Source: Macrostomum hystrix (Eukaryota; Animalia; Platyhelminthes). From it: 64,000 nt of DNA. Position 1 is the first letter of the stretch; each line of letters begins with the position of its first letter. Below are positions 11,001 to 23,539 of this stretch, in pieces. The notes below the pieces were generated by a model. The model searched no databases. It was not told where the DNA came from and saw nothing but the letters and a program-made list of their open reading frames with translations. The translations under genes were made by a program, and so were the position numbers. The stretch is from positions 28,086,001-28,150,000 of the forward strand of contig CATNEN010000038.1 of assembly GCA_950097015.1 (NCBI GenBank), given 5' to 3'.

Positions 11001-13899
11001 TCAGATCCTTAATCTAGAACTTCAGATCCTGAATCTAGAACTTCAGATCCTGAATCTAGAACTCCATATCCTGAATCTAGAACTTCAGATCCTTAATCTA
11101 GAACTTCAGATCCTTAATCTAAAACTTCAGATCCTGAATCTAGAACTTCAGATCCTTAATCTAAAACTTCAGATCCTGAATCTAGAACTTCAGATCCTGA
11201 ATCTAGAACTCCATATCCTGAATCTAGAACTTCAGATCCTTAATCTAGAACTTCAGATCCTGAATCTAGAACTTCAGATCCTGAATCTAGAACTCCATAT
11301 CCTGAATCTAGAACTTCAGATCCTTAATCTAGAACTTCAGATCCTGAATCTAGAACTTCAGATCCTGAATCTAGAACTCCATATCCTGAATCTAGAACTT
11401 CAGATCCTTAATCTAGAACTTCAGATCCTTAATCTAAAACTTCAGATCCTGAATCTAGAACTTCAGATCCTTAATCTAAAACTTCAGATCCTGAATCTAG
11501 AACTTCAGATCCTTAATCTAGAACTTCAGATCCTTAATCTAGAACTTCAGATCCTTAATCTAAAACTTCAGATCCTGAATCTAGAACTTCAGATCCTTAA
11601 TCTAAAACTTCAGATCCTGAATCTAGAACTTCAGATCCTGAATCTAGAACTCCATATCCTGAATCTAGAACTTCAGATCCTTAATCTAGAACTTCAGATC
11701 CTGAATCTAGAACTTCAGATCCTGAATCTAGAACTCCATATCCTGAATCTAGAACTTCAGATCCTTAATCTAGAACTTCAGATCCTTAATCTAAAACTTC
11801 AGATCCTGAATCTAGAACTTCAGATCCTTAATCTAAAACTTCAGATCCTGAATCTAGAACTTCAGATCCTTAATCTAGAACTTCAGATCCTTAATCTAGA
11901 ACTTCAGATCCTGAATCTAGAACTTCAGATCCTGAATCTAGAACTCCATATCCCGAATCTAGAACTCCATATCCTGAATCTAAAACTTCAGATCCTGAAT
12001 CTAGAACTTCAGATCCCGAATCTAGAACTTCAGATCCTTAATCTAGAACTTCAGATCCTGAATCTAGAACTTCAGATCCTTAATCTAGAACCAACTTCAG
12101 ATCCTGAATCCAGAACTTCAGATCCTGAATCTAGAACCAACTTCAGATCCTGAATCCAGAACTTCAGATCCTTAATCTAGAACCAACTTCAGATCCTGAA
12201 TCCAGAACTTCAGATCCTGAATCTAGAACTTCAGATCCTGAATCTAGAACTTCAGATCCTGAATCTAGAACTTCAGATCCTTAATCTAGAACCAACTTCA
12301 GATCCTGAATCCAGAACTTCAGATCCTGAATCTAGAACTTCAGATCCTTAATCTAGAACCAACTTCAGATCCTGAATCCAGAACTTCAGATCCTGAATCT
12401 AGAACTTCAGATCCTGAATCTAGAACTTCAGATCCTGAATCTAGAACTTCAGATCCTGAATCTAGAACTTCAGATCCTGAATCTAGAACTTCAGATCCTG
12501 AATCTAGAACTTCAGATCCTTAATCTAGAACCAACTTCAGATCCTGAATCCAGAACTTCAGATCCTGAATCTAGAACTTCAGATCCTTAATCTAGAACCA
12601 ACTTCAGATCCTGAATCCAGAACTTCAGATCCTGAATCTAGAACTTCAGATCCTGAATCTAGAACTTCAGATCCTGAATCTAGAACTTCAGATCCTGAAT
12701 CTAGAACTTCAGATCCTTAATCTAGAACTTCAGATCCTTGATCTAGAACTTCAGATCCTTGATCTAGAACTTCAGATCCTTAATCAAAAACTTCAGATCC
12801 CAAATCTAAAACTACAGATCCTTAATCTATAACTTCAGATCCTGAATCTAGAACTTCAGATCCTGAATCTAGAACTTCAGATCCTGAATCTAGAACTTCA
12901 GATCCTGAATCCAGAACTTCAGATCCTGAATCTAGAACTTCAGATCCTGAATCTAGAACTTCAGATCCTGAATCTAGAACTTCAGATCCTGAATCTAGAA
13001 CTTCAGATCCTTAATCTAGAACTTCAGATCCTTGATCTAGAACTTCAGATCCTTGATCTAGAACTTCAGATCCTTAATCAAAAACTTCAGATCCCAAATC
13101 TAAAACTACAGATCCTTAATCTATAACTTCAGATCCTGAATCTAGAACTTCAGATCCTGAATCTAGAACTTCAGATCCTGAATCTAGAACTTCAGATCCT
13201 GAATCTAGAACATCAGATCCTTAATCTAGAACTTCAGATCCTGAATCTAGAACTTCAGATCCTGAATCTAGAACTTCAGATCCTGAATCTAGAACTTTAG
13301 ATCCTTAAAAAATCTAGAACTCCATATCCTGAATCTAGAACTCCAGATCCTTAATCTAGAACTTCAGATCCTTAATCTAAAACTTCAGATCCCAAATCTA
13401 AAACTTCAGATCCTGAATCTAGAACTTCAGATCCCAAATCTAAAACTTCAGATCCTGAATCTAGAACTTCAGATCCTTAATCTAGAACTTCAGATCGTGA
13501 ATCTAGAACTCCATATCCTGAATCTAAAACTTCAGATCCAGAATCTAAAACTTCAGATCCAGAATCTAGAACTTCAGATCCGAAATCTACAACTTCAGAT
13601 CCCGAATCTACAATTCAGATCCCAAATACTGAAAATGTGATTATCTTTATCTAGAAAGTTAGATCCTGAATATATGGAAACTATAAGAAGTTACAGATAT
13701 AATTCCTTTGTTGCCCCCAATAATGTAACTCGTTGCACTAATGAGAAGCAATAATTAAACTATCCGTTTTCTCTGCAAGTGTAGGTACCTACGTACTAGC
13801 ATAAAATTCTATCAGTTAGCCTAGCAACGAAATGATGCACACGACAGCGCATAGCTAGTCTACGTAAAGCCAATTAATTAGGAGACTAACTTGCTGCAT
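8016..13899 (-). CDS. TBC1D10: TBC-domain Rab GTPase-activating protein, TBC1D10/EPI64 family (~371 aa)
   Basis: Spliced complement(13891-13899 [MQQ, less certain], 9903-10265, 8802-9249, 8016-8311), all GT-AG and in phase. Motifs LDRYGF, RREKKWLDM, RKGIP..RPRAW, IERDLGRQFP (R-finger), GYCQAMAP (Q-finger), WFMCLY.RTLPW..LRVWD.YFCEGVK.IFRV match TBC1D10A/B. Confidence 0.9.
8378..8786. repeat. 16-bp intronic minisatellite (CGAACCCGAAACTCAT variants)
   Basis: Fills the last TBC1D10 intron. Confidence 0.93.
9421..9745 (-). mobile_element. tRNA-derived SINE, family A (copy 1)
   Basis: Minus strand has A-box TGGCAGAGCGG, B-box-like GAGCTCGATTCC and an (ATT)n tail; homologous to 56064-56340. Confidence 0.8.
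10287..13630. repeat. 21-bp intronic minisatellite (AGATCCTGAATCTAGAACTTC), ~3.3 kb
   Basis: Period 21 read directly; recurrent variants (CCAA insertion, CCATAT, TAAAA) form higher-order blocks. Confidence 0.97.
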
Positions 13900-14094
13900 A
13901 TATTCAACCTGAACCGCTTGTACTTGTCAAACTCAGGGATACAATTGTTGCAGAAATTCTATGGAAATTTAATCATTTCTACATGAATACAGATCCTCCC
14001 TCACTTTCCCGAAATGTGGATTCTCATTTAACTCCCCGAAAATTCAGATGACCTTTTACTCTCTCAGAAATTAAGATCCCTATTCAGTCTCCCG

Positions 14095-14560
14095 AAAAAA
14101 GATCCCTAGCTATTAACTTCCCTAGAAACGAAGATCCCTAAAACTTCCCCAGAAACGAAGATCCCTAAAACTTCCCCAGAAACGAAGATCCCCATTAACT
14201 TCTCCCGAAATGATGATCCTAATTAACTTCCACAGAAACGAAGATACTTATTAACTTCCCCAGAAACGAAGATCCCCATCGACTTCTCCCGAAACAAAGA
14301 TCCGCATTAACTTTTCCCGAAACTAAGATCCCCATTAACTTCTCCAGAAATGATGATCCCTATTAACTTCTCCCGAAATGATGATCCCAATTAACTTCCA
14401 CAGAAACGAAGATACTTATTAACTTCCACAGAAACGAAGATCCCCATTAACTTCTCCCGAAATGATGATCCCTACTAACTTCCCCAGAAATAAAGATCCC
14501 TATTAACTTCCCTAGAAACGAAGAACAATATTAACTTCCCCTGAAATGAAGATCCCCATT
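14095..14560. repeat. ~28-29-bp minisatellite (TTAACTTCCCCAGAAACGAAGATCCCCA)
   Basis: Seen directly; moderately diverged. Confidence 0.88.
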
Positions 14561-15129
14561 TTCAGTTGCAGATTATATATTTTCTATAACTACATAACAT
14601 CCTGTTTTTTCTGCTACAAACGATTTAAAAAAGTGAGTTAAAAAATGTAAAAAAATTATTCAACTACAACTGTAGCTAAAGGCAACGCAGAGAAAGCATT
14701 GATCACAATTTTTTTAGCGAAAGAAAATGGTCTACATTATAAATTACTTGAATATCAAAGGCGTAATGCATACAAAGAATTTATGTAAAAAAGATTTCTC
14801 GATACTTAACAATAAAAACTATTAACTTCACCAAAAATCAGCCATGTTCAGAGATATTTATGTAAGCTCAAACTGATTAAAAACACATTTTCATTGTAAT
14901 GCAGATATTTTGAATGAAAAGCATTGTCATGTTATTTTTAATTTAAACAGCGGAAAAAAAGTATTAAAAAACAAGACACAAAGTTGTTCGAGCAAAAAAA
15001 CACGCGACCCAAAAAACGGCTGCAAGAAATTAGGTCTTTTAATATCACCTTCAAGTTATAAAATAAATTTACAAAATATCACCTTTTTAACAGTAGGACT
15101 ACCAAGCCATTTTGCCACCCGTTTTTATA

Positions 15130-15657
15130 CCAAGGGGAGGGGGGAATTCCCCCCTGAGAACATTTTTTGGCAGTGCCTGAAAGCTAACCGCGTAGGGTGG
15201 TGACTGATTGGTTGGCAGACTAGGCGATGGTGTACTGCAGTTGAGCTGTTCCTAATATTTAGGCTTCAGCAGTGAAATTTTAGAAATTCGCGTCAGGGTG
15301 TCCAGAGTGGCCTATTTCCACAATTTTTGCATTTGAAGGTCCCGCAGTCCGTCTAGATAAAGGTAGGTGACCACCAAAGACGGAGATGATGCAGGCACAT
15401 TCGGGTGGCATGCTGATAAAGTCTGAAGGTCTGGAAAGGCCGCACTGAGGCGCAGTGCAAATTCGTGTATAGGGGTGTATGAAATACACTAGCTCTTATG
15501 GGAAAAATCGGACCTTCGGCCAGAAACATTGAATATCTCGACGGTCTGAAGAGCTGGCGACTTGTTTCTTGTTTCAGAAGATGCGCAACAAAAAGTTGGC
15601 CCGTGTGCTTGAGTTTCGTGTGCTTGCATTGTTCCATTCCGAAAATCCCCCCCTTGG
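15130..15657. mobile_element. Putative MITE with short G-rich TIRs and TA flanks
   Basis: TA|CCAAGGGGAGGGGGGAATT at the left end and AAAATCCCCCCCTTGG|TA at the right; GC-richer than flanks; no coding capacity. Confidence 0.55.
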
Positions 15658-15799
15658 TAGTTAGTTCTACTGTTAATCCATTTTGTTCGATGCTTTATAT
15701 AATACTTTTTTTCAAAAAGGATCTAATAGGCATTAGTTCCAAAAGTTTCGGAGCCTTTTATGGGATTATAGAATAGGTACAGTGGTACAGAACCCAATT

Positions 15800-16250
15800 C
15801 AATTTCAAAGTTTAGGAGCCAATTTTCAAGATCTCAGAATAGGGATTAACTGGGGCCTTAAAGTTTGGGAGGCCGTTTTGGGATCTCAGAATGGGAATCA
15901 ATTAGGATCCGAAAGTTTTGAAGGTCATTGTTGGGATTACAAAATGGGTATCAATTAAGACCCAAAAATTTAGGAGACTATTTTTGGGATTTCAGTATGG
16001 GGTTAAAATTGGAATATAAAAATTGGAGAGGCCATTGTTGGGATCTCAAAATGGGATCCACTGATGTTCAAAAGTTAAAGATCCCTATTCTGAGATCCTC
16101 AAATAGGGATCAATTAGGACCCTAAAGTTTAGGAGGAAATTATGGGATTATATAATAGGTAAGGAATTCATTGGAAATCCTAAAGTTCAGGTCGTAATAT
16201 TAAGAATAGGGACTAATTGTGACCCTACAGTTTAAGAGACCATGTTTCGA
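15800..16250. repeat. Degenerate tandem repeat (GGGATC...AAAGTTT(A/G)GGAG units)
   Basis: Recurrent motifs about 55-60 bp apart; highly diverged. Confidence 0.6.
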
Positions 16251-16482
16251 AGTACTGAAAATAAATGTATTTATTTTCCAAAGCATTGGAGGCAATTTTA
16301 GGACTAAAAAATCGCTATTCTCAAGATTCTCAAGTAAAGAGACAAATCAAATAATATATACTGGTGGCTAGTGGAATTCTATAGGTAGTTATGGGTCTAT
16401 AGGTAGAAGACACAAAATAGTAAAATTAGCTGACCAGACCTTTCAGGTCAATAATAAAAAAAGTAAAATAAAAAAAAGATGC

Positions 16483-16737
16483 TTAAGTTTTAGAAGGTCG
16501 CCTGACACCCGCAGTGCTGTTTGAGGAAGCTGACAGATTTGCCATCCTGCTAGAAACCTCTTTGAACAATACCGGACTACCGGCCGCACCACTGCCAGCA
16601 GTGCTGACACCACCACCAGATTCAACAACTACAGAGGCGCCACCAGCAATGGCAAAGCGCCTACCAGATCTGGCAGATTGAAGGAACTCCTGCAGTGCGG
16701 CTTTGTCAGGGGATTCACTGCTAGCTTCTGTGGTCAT
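16483..16737 (-). CDS. cAMP-dependent protein kinase inhibitor (PKI)-like small protein, 84 aa
   Basis: EFLQSARSGRRFAI aligns with PKI DFIASGRTGRRNAI (F P-11, R P-6, RR P-3/P-2, A P0, I P+1). NES-like VSSRMANLSA follows. Splice acceptor TTTCAG at ~16776 upstream; A-rich ATG context. Confidence 0.8.
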   Translation of the reverse strand: MTTEASSESPDKAALQEFLQSARSGRRFAIAGGASVVVESGGGVSTAGSGAAGSPVLFKEVSSRMANLSASSNSTAGVRRPSKT

Positions 16738-17708
16738 TTTTAATAGCTTTTAATTAAATATTGTTTCTCTCAAACTGAAATTATATGGCAAGCCAATATT
16801 AAAGCCATAGAGTGAATATTTTAGCTATAGGGTTAATAGCTGCATAAGTGTGCATAAATTGGGCACAATAGTGCCCACAGCCCTGCTGCAAATTTTCTTA
16901 AAACATATTGTAGGACCTCTTTCCTGAACAGATTATATTATTATTATTTGCATTTAGTAAAATTTTAAAACATGAGACTCTAGAAAGCATTATCAAACTT
17001 CCATTTTTACAGTTTAATATGTTGAAACAGTGAAGTAAAAAATTAAATTAAAAAAAACAAAAATGGTCTAGCTTTTAATTTATTTTTAGCAAATTTAACA
17101 AAAAAGTGCATCTAATCTCTTGCTCTTTACAATATACATTATTAAAATGCACTAAAAATATAAACTTTTGACACACTAAAACAAACCACTGCCTAAAATA
17201 ACCAACTTGTGAAAACATTTGCAGTCCATTTTTAGTAACATAGGCCTACACTTTGGTAACAGCCATTTTGGTAACAACTGTAATCCACTTTGGTCACAGA
17301 CACTTTAATAAAATAATCAGTACACTTCGGTAACTAAGAAAGTGTCATGTTTGTTTTCAACCATCTAGAAGAGAAAGACATACTGGTTTGGACCGGTACA
17401 GCTACAGTGGACAATTCACTTGAGGGGAAAGTCACTTGAGGGGAAAGAACATACTGGCATATGTAATGGTTCCCCAATACATATTCAGATTTTCTAAGTG
17501 TTTTTGCAGCCAAAAATTGCCAATACAGCGCACCATCGCAAAGCTTTTTTGAACATAAAAAACATATATCATGACAATCACATTAACAGTCAGAATAAGC
17601 CCCTGTTAGTCTTTGCATTTCTAATTTCACTAGCTAGGGCCTATTTGTTGTGCTCACATTAGGCCTAACAAGTCTGCTCAGAGAGTTGACTTGACAGGCC
17701 TACAGAAT

Positions 17709-18334
17709 GGTTCCTGGACACATCATCATCTGCTTTTTTATCATCTGGATAACAAAATGTACAAGGTCTAAGAGGAAAGAGCAAAGAGGGTGGATAACAT
17801 AGTGACCAAAGCCTGTAGACATTTTGTCATCTCTATGATTTAAGGCAGGGCCGCAGGGTGAAGTCTAACAGATGCTAGCAGTTTATTTTAATTGCTGTCT
17901 TTATGCTTCGAGCAAAATAAGAATTTCAAAATTATATTGTTTAATTGACTATCTCAATAATCTGTTTTCTTTGTTATTTACATCATTTCTTTGATGACTT
18001 AGATTTCCCAGTCTGTCTACAAGCATAGCATAGGGCCTACATACAAACTAAGTGAACAGCATTATAACGATCACTTGTTTAAAGTATGAATTAAAAAATT
18101 TGTGATCTTCTGGTACTGGAACACTCACAGTTGGCCCTCGGTTTTTCCATATATTGTACACATGGGCAACTCAAAATCAAGTCAAGACAGTAGTTTCTAT
18201 TGATATGATGACGAGCTGACTTAACTTTAACTTTAAGATTCGCCAATTGGCTGGATGACGAAGTGTCTGATCAGAAAAGTTAATGACGAAAGTGTAAGTT
18301 GAAGAAAAAGCAGATGACGAAGTGTCCAGGAACC
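17709..18334. mobile_element. Non-autonomous MULE/MuDR-like MITE, 626 bp
   Basis: TIRs GGTTCCTGGACACATCATCATCTGCTTTTT and AAAAAGCAGATGACGAAGTGTCCAGGAACC; 9-bp TSD CTACAGAAT / CTACAGAAC (one mismatch). Confidence 0.78.
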
Positions 18335-18914
18335 CTACAGAACAGATAGCTAAGGGAGTAAGGCTAAGACAAGGGCGTACAGGCACACTTTGACATACAG
18401 TACTTATAAATTAAAATATACTTTTACTATAAAGAAAGTAGGTATTTACTGATTGTTATGAAAATTAAAAAAAGAATATTGCCCACGAAAGCTCTCCCGA
18501 CAACAAATGTGGCAGAGGCCCTGTCCTTTTTATAATTTACAAGTCTGGAAGAAATCCAAAAAGGTTCGTAGAAAAATTGCATTCTAAAAAAGTTAAAGAA
18601 ATAAACAAATTATAGCATAGTATACGCTTTACGCTTTAGTATACGACAATACTGATTTATTAAATTTAATACGGCAAAAAATTATTTTTTGGAACAAAAA
18701 TTATTTTATGGTTCTATTTTGCAGGTATTTCCTATAAAATGAGGTAATTTAAAGTCAGGAGCGAAGAGTTAATGTGAATCTGAAAATTGATCTAAAATTT
18801 TCTATTTACTTTTTGGCAAACTTGACAAGTATTCTAAATGTTGATAACATTTTCATAGTTTTCATTATCTATAACTTTTTGACTTGCCATCAAGTACACG
18901 GTGTCGAACATTTA

Positions 18915-19043
18915 ACTTACACTCAGTGCTTGGCTTTTAACGAAAAGCACTAAGAACCGAATACTATAATTGGGCGTCGCGAAATACACATTAAATAGTC
19001 GTTCGACTGATACGTCCTTAAAAACTTATCGTGCATAAAAAGC
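18915..19043. promoter_or_regulatory. Putative compact bidirectional promoter region between the PKI/TBC1D10 unit (-) and Rab8 (+)
   Basis: Minus-strand donor GTAAGT at 18920-18915 (candidate non-coding first exon) lies ~125 bp from the Rab8 ATG; locally CpG-containing. Confidence 0.45.
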
Positions 19044-22000
19044 ATGGCAAAAGCATATGACTACTTATTTAAGCTTTTATTAATTGGTGACAGTGGAGTT
19101 GGTAAAACCAGCGTACTCATTCGTTTTGCTGAAGATAGCTTCTCTCCTACTTTTATTTCTACTATTGGTAAGACTGTTATAACATTTCGTCTTTATTTTT
19201 CCACCATAAATTAAACATTTGAATTATGAAATTTTCTTTTTTGTAGCTTAGCTTGTCTCATATTTAATTAAAGTTTGTAACTCATCTTGGATTTTAGCTG
19301 TAGCTAAAATTGTTTTAGCAATTTGTTTTGTTTTGTCATTTTTGCTAGCCATTTGTTTTGTCTATTGACAATTTTTATGTATATATACTTAGGCCCCTAT
19401 TCATAAAAATCTAAGTATTTTATAAGCCTTGGCTTAGTGTTTAATTTTACTCCTATGTTATCTTTATGAATGTGGTCTGTCCTGCAACCCTAAGCATTGT
19501 ATTGTATATGCATTGAATTGTATTTACATTTGTATTAAATATTGAGTATTGACTCTTGGCAAAGACTCATAATTGTAACACAAGTTTAAGAATTAGACAA
19601 ATTTGTTTTATAATCTATTGTTTAGCCATAGTGCAAAAGGATAGGTATACTCTGGAAGTTTCTGTCATACATGAAGATTGCCTGTTGTACATGTTGTACA
19701 CAAAGAAAATGTTAGGGGTGCTTGTTGTACACTGTTGTACATTAAATTATGTCCACAGTTATGTTGTTCATATGTGAGTTAAGTTGTCATTGTTGTACAC
19801 AAAGTAAAGTTTGATTGTTAGTTGTTAGAATTTATCAGGAAACAAAATTGTAAAGTTTTTAACGTTACCTTTTTTATTAAATTTTCTATTCTCTTTAATA
19901 AAGAAAAAAAATATATAGGCCTAGCCTTAAAAGAAATCTTGCTTTGAATTTCCTTTTTTTGCATAGTAGTGCTTTCTGGAAGTTTTGTTTCACTGAGGAT
20001 CTTTCAAAGAGTTTCAAATCGGATTAGTCCGCTTTTTGTCCGTTTTTGTTGTACAACCATACATGCACAACACCTGGCCAAACCGGCCGGGTGAAACGAG
20101 GGTCAAGCAAGGTAAGTCGCAAAAACCAATAGACCAAGCGCAAAAAAATCAAAGGGGGGACCAAGGGACAAAAAAGGAAGGCGTGAAGAAAAGGAAAAAG
20201 GGGAGAGAAAAAGAGAGCAAACTAAGTCATAAATAGAGCAATGAAATGAACTAAGTCGCACGGCCGGCTAAGATTTGGGAGGTTGCACATGTATGTGTAC
20301 AACAGTACTTTGCTTATTTGATCCCTGTCGTACTGTCGTACAATAGTACTACACTTATTTGATCCCTGTCATATGGTAGTACAACAGAATGAAATAGAAA
20401 ATTACCTTCCATTGTACACAAAAATCCTTTTGCACTATGGTTGTTTAGATCATGTTAAAATGGATAGATAGAATTCTACAGTAATAATGTAAATATTTTT
20501 TGTTACTGAAATGTCTGTTACTCAATTGTAGGTTTCTGAACTGTCCTATATTCTTTTCAGCCACAGCTTAGTCTGGATAGATTAAAACTGTTTATATTAC
20601 TATTAAAAAGAAAGAGCTAATTAAAGTGGAAATGTGAGAAGTGCTAAAGCAGAAGTAATAGCAACTAGGTAGAAAATCTTGATTGTTTGAAATATTATGT
20701 TTCTGTTTTAGTCTAGATTGATTCCCAACATGGGAAAATTATTATGCACAACAATATCACAATGTGCAAAAAAGATGTGTGCTATGCTTATTTTTTAACA
20801 TTTATTTTTTTATGCATTAACAATATTTATCCAATTTGAAGTTAATTTTTAGCATTACTATTTTTATATTTATATAATTATTTGCTAAATAGAAAATCAG
20901 CACCTTTAAAGTGTGTGTAAAACAATAATAATAATACTAATAAATGATAACTTTACATTTCTCCTTTATTGTAGTCCATCCAATAACAAGTTTTTGTATT
21001 TGCTACTTGACAGTATAAGTTATTTAGAAAAATGTTTCATGAATTAGACATCATCCAGACTCTCTGTATAAAATGTATTCAAAATTAGGCAGCAAAAATT
21101 ATATGCATTGATCACCTAACAGTTTGATTTAGTCTAATGCAATGTTATTTCTTAATGAAATTCTAGGAATTGATTTCAAGATTCGCACCATTGAACTGGA
21201 TGGAAAGAAGGTCAAGCTGCAAATCTGGTAAGTTTCAGTTACAAAAAAACTTATAAAAACGAAGTAAAATAGTCACTAAGTGAACAGGTGTCGAGTTCAG
21301 TGTTCTAACTTGAGTTTGATCCAAGTCTCTGTAATTTACATTGTCACCAAATTACCAAAACTGTATAGAAACATTTTTTTATTCCACTTACCAAGTTACC
21401 ACTTATAAATAATATTAAGCGTCGTTTGTACCAATTTGCAGGGACACTGCTGGTCAGGAGCGCTTCCGAACAATTACTACAGCATACTACAGAGGCGCTA
21501 TGGGCATCTTACTAGTCTACGATGTGACCAATGCCAAATCTTTCGACAATATTCGCACCTGGATTAGCAACATTAATCAGCACGCTAATCCAGACGTTGA
21601 AAAAATGCTCATTGCTAATAAGTGCGACATGAATGATAGGCGGATGATACCAAAGGAAGTTGGCGAGAAGGTGAGACTTCAGATGTCATTAGCAGTGGGA
21701 GTATAAGACTGATTCACCTAAAAAACTCATATTTAAGTCCTCTTTTAAAACCTAATTCGAAAAACTATCAAATTCCTAATTACAAAACACTTAAAATCCT
21801 GATTCCGAGACACTTTCAGATCCCATTTTCCGAAAATCTGTCAAAATCTTAATTCCTAAGCGTTATTAAGAATCCCGTTTCTAGAACATTTATGGCTTTT
21901 AGATCCCAAATCAATATCTCTTTTCAGATCCCCATTCCAAAGCACTTTCCAGATCCCCATTCCAATGCACTTTCCAGATCCCTATTCCAGTGCACTTTCC

Positions 22001-22552
22001 AGATCCCTATTCCAGTGCACTTTCCAGATCTTTATTTCAGAGCACTTTCCAGATCCCTATTCCAGTGCACTTTCCAGATCCCCATTCCACTGAACTATTA
22101 CAAAGCACATTCAAGATCCCAATTTTTTGTCTCTTTAAAGATCCCGAATCCAAAACACTGTTCAGAGATTTCTATTTTAAACATACTTGCAACAATATTT
22201 ATATCAATATGGTATTTCCTTGTTAAACCGTATTTTAATCTTCATCTGTCGCCACAATATTACAACCACAATACATTTTTCTCATTCAAATGAAAACCTA
22301 ACCCCAACCCAGTTGGCTAACGAGCATCAGTTGCGCTTCATGGAGACGTCAGCCAAGTCCGGTATTAACGTTGAGGACGCCTTCTTAATTATGGCTCGGG
22401 ACATCAAAACGAAGTTAGATAGAAAAACGGACGGATCGAACGGCGCTGGCGGCGCGGCATCCGGTCCCGGCGGTAAATTGAAGAACGACGTCAAAGGCAA
22501 AGATTCAGGGGGTCGCGGAAGCAGCAGCAGATTCCGTTGCGACATTCTGTAG
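19044..22552 (+). CDS. Rab8: Ras-related protein Rab-8 (217 aa)
   Basis: join(19044-19167, 21167-21227, 21442-21670, 22313-22552), GT-AG, in phase. [65 protein letters not shown] and a C-terminal CaaX-type CDIL, all typical of Rab8. Confidence 0.96.
20058..20295. mobile_element. 238-bp hAT-like MITE in Rab8 intron 1
   Basis: TIRs CATACATGCACAAC / GTTGCACATGTATG; perfect 8-bp TSD TGTACAAC; second copy at 34653. Confidence 0.88.
21915..22090. repeat. 25-bp intronic minisatellite (TTCCAGATCCCTATTCCAGTGCACT)
   Basis: In Rab8 intron 3; seen directly. Confidence 0.85.
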
Positions 22553-22592
22553 ATTGTTTGCTGCGAAGTCCCTATAACTGCAAGATTAAATA

Positions 22593-23539
22593 CGTAGGGT
22601 GTCCCAGAAATAGCGGGGAAAATCGATGCACAGGCAAACTGGTGAAACATAGTTTATTGAAACTCACGTCACAGATAAATAAACATTCAGCAGTTCTAAC
22701 GCTTTTTTAATCAAGTAAATATGTCAATTCATTAAAAAGTTATGGCTAAAATTAGAACAAGGGGTAAGGGGTAGAGTTACACCAAGTCAAGGCCAGCGGA
22801 ATCGGTCACGCAGCATCACCATCGCCGTCGACTGACGACTTTTCGACGAAGTTCCGCCTTAGCTCGCAGCACTTAGTCCATCGCGTGAGAAGCGCATTGA
22901 TGGCATCTGCATTCACCCTTTGAATCAGTGCCTTTGTTGATGGAGAGATCGGACGGCCACGGTTGGCTGTGTCATCAACAACGTCTGTTCGCCCATGACT
23001 GAACTCTTCAAGCCAGCGATAGACAGCACTCTTCGAGATGGCACTCACTCCGTGGATTTCAGTCAGCTGGCTTACAATTTCACTGCCTCGCTTGCCCAAT
23101 TTCCATTGGGAGTACACGAACTGGCGCTGACCTTCTTTAGACGAAACGTTAAACAAGAACGATTGAACAAGGGAAAATGAAAAAAATCCAAACTCAACAG
23201 CGGCGTCTTGTCGAGGCGCACAAAATGTAGATATTCGCGATGTCTCGTGCTTGCTGTCTTTAGTGCCACGGGTATTTCTTGCGTCAGCTTCTGCTTCTTT
23301 TGATTCTGGTGCTCACGCTTCTCTGCTCGTCTGTTGCCTTTTTCTGCTTCTGTTCACTGATGCTTCGGCTCATTTTCTTCTGTCGCAAAAATTTTGTCTA
23401 AGGACATATTTACTTGATTAAAAAAGCGTTAGGAAGTCCTGCTGAATGTTTATTTATCTGTGACGTGAGTTTCAATAAAATATGTTTCACCAGTTTGCCT
23501 GTGCATCGATTTTCCCCGCTATTTCTGGGACACCCCTCG
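22593..23539 (-). mobile_element. Non-autonomous mariner derivative with ~135-bp TIRs, 947 bp, inserted 40 bp after the Rab8 stop codon
   Basis: TA|CGTAGGGTGTCCCAGAAATAG ... CTATTTCTGGGACACCCCTCG|TA; arms 22593-22725 and 23403-23539. ORF 22806-23156(-) keeps the first HTH (AVYRWLEEFSHGRTDV.D...GRP) fused to the C-terminal RWTKC..NFVEK. Confidence 0.93.

Noticed and set aside
10287-13630. CRISPR-like appearance of regular short repeats (also other arrays)
   Set aside because: Head-to-tail units with no unique spacers, no cas genes, eukaryotic intronic context.
10265-16737. In-frame PKI-TBC fusion protein
   Set aside because: No convincing donor inside the PKI ORF, and the MQQ exon has an in-frame upstream stop, so separate proteins are more parsimonious.
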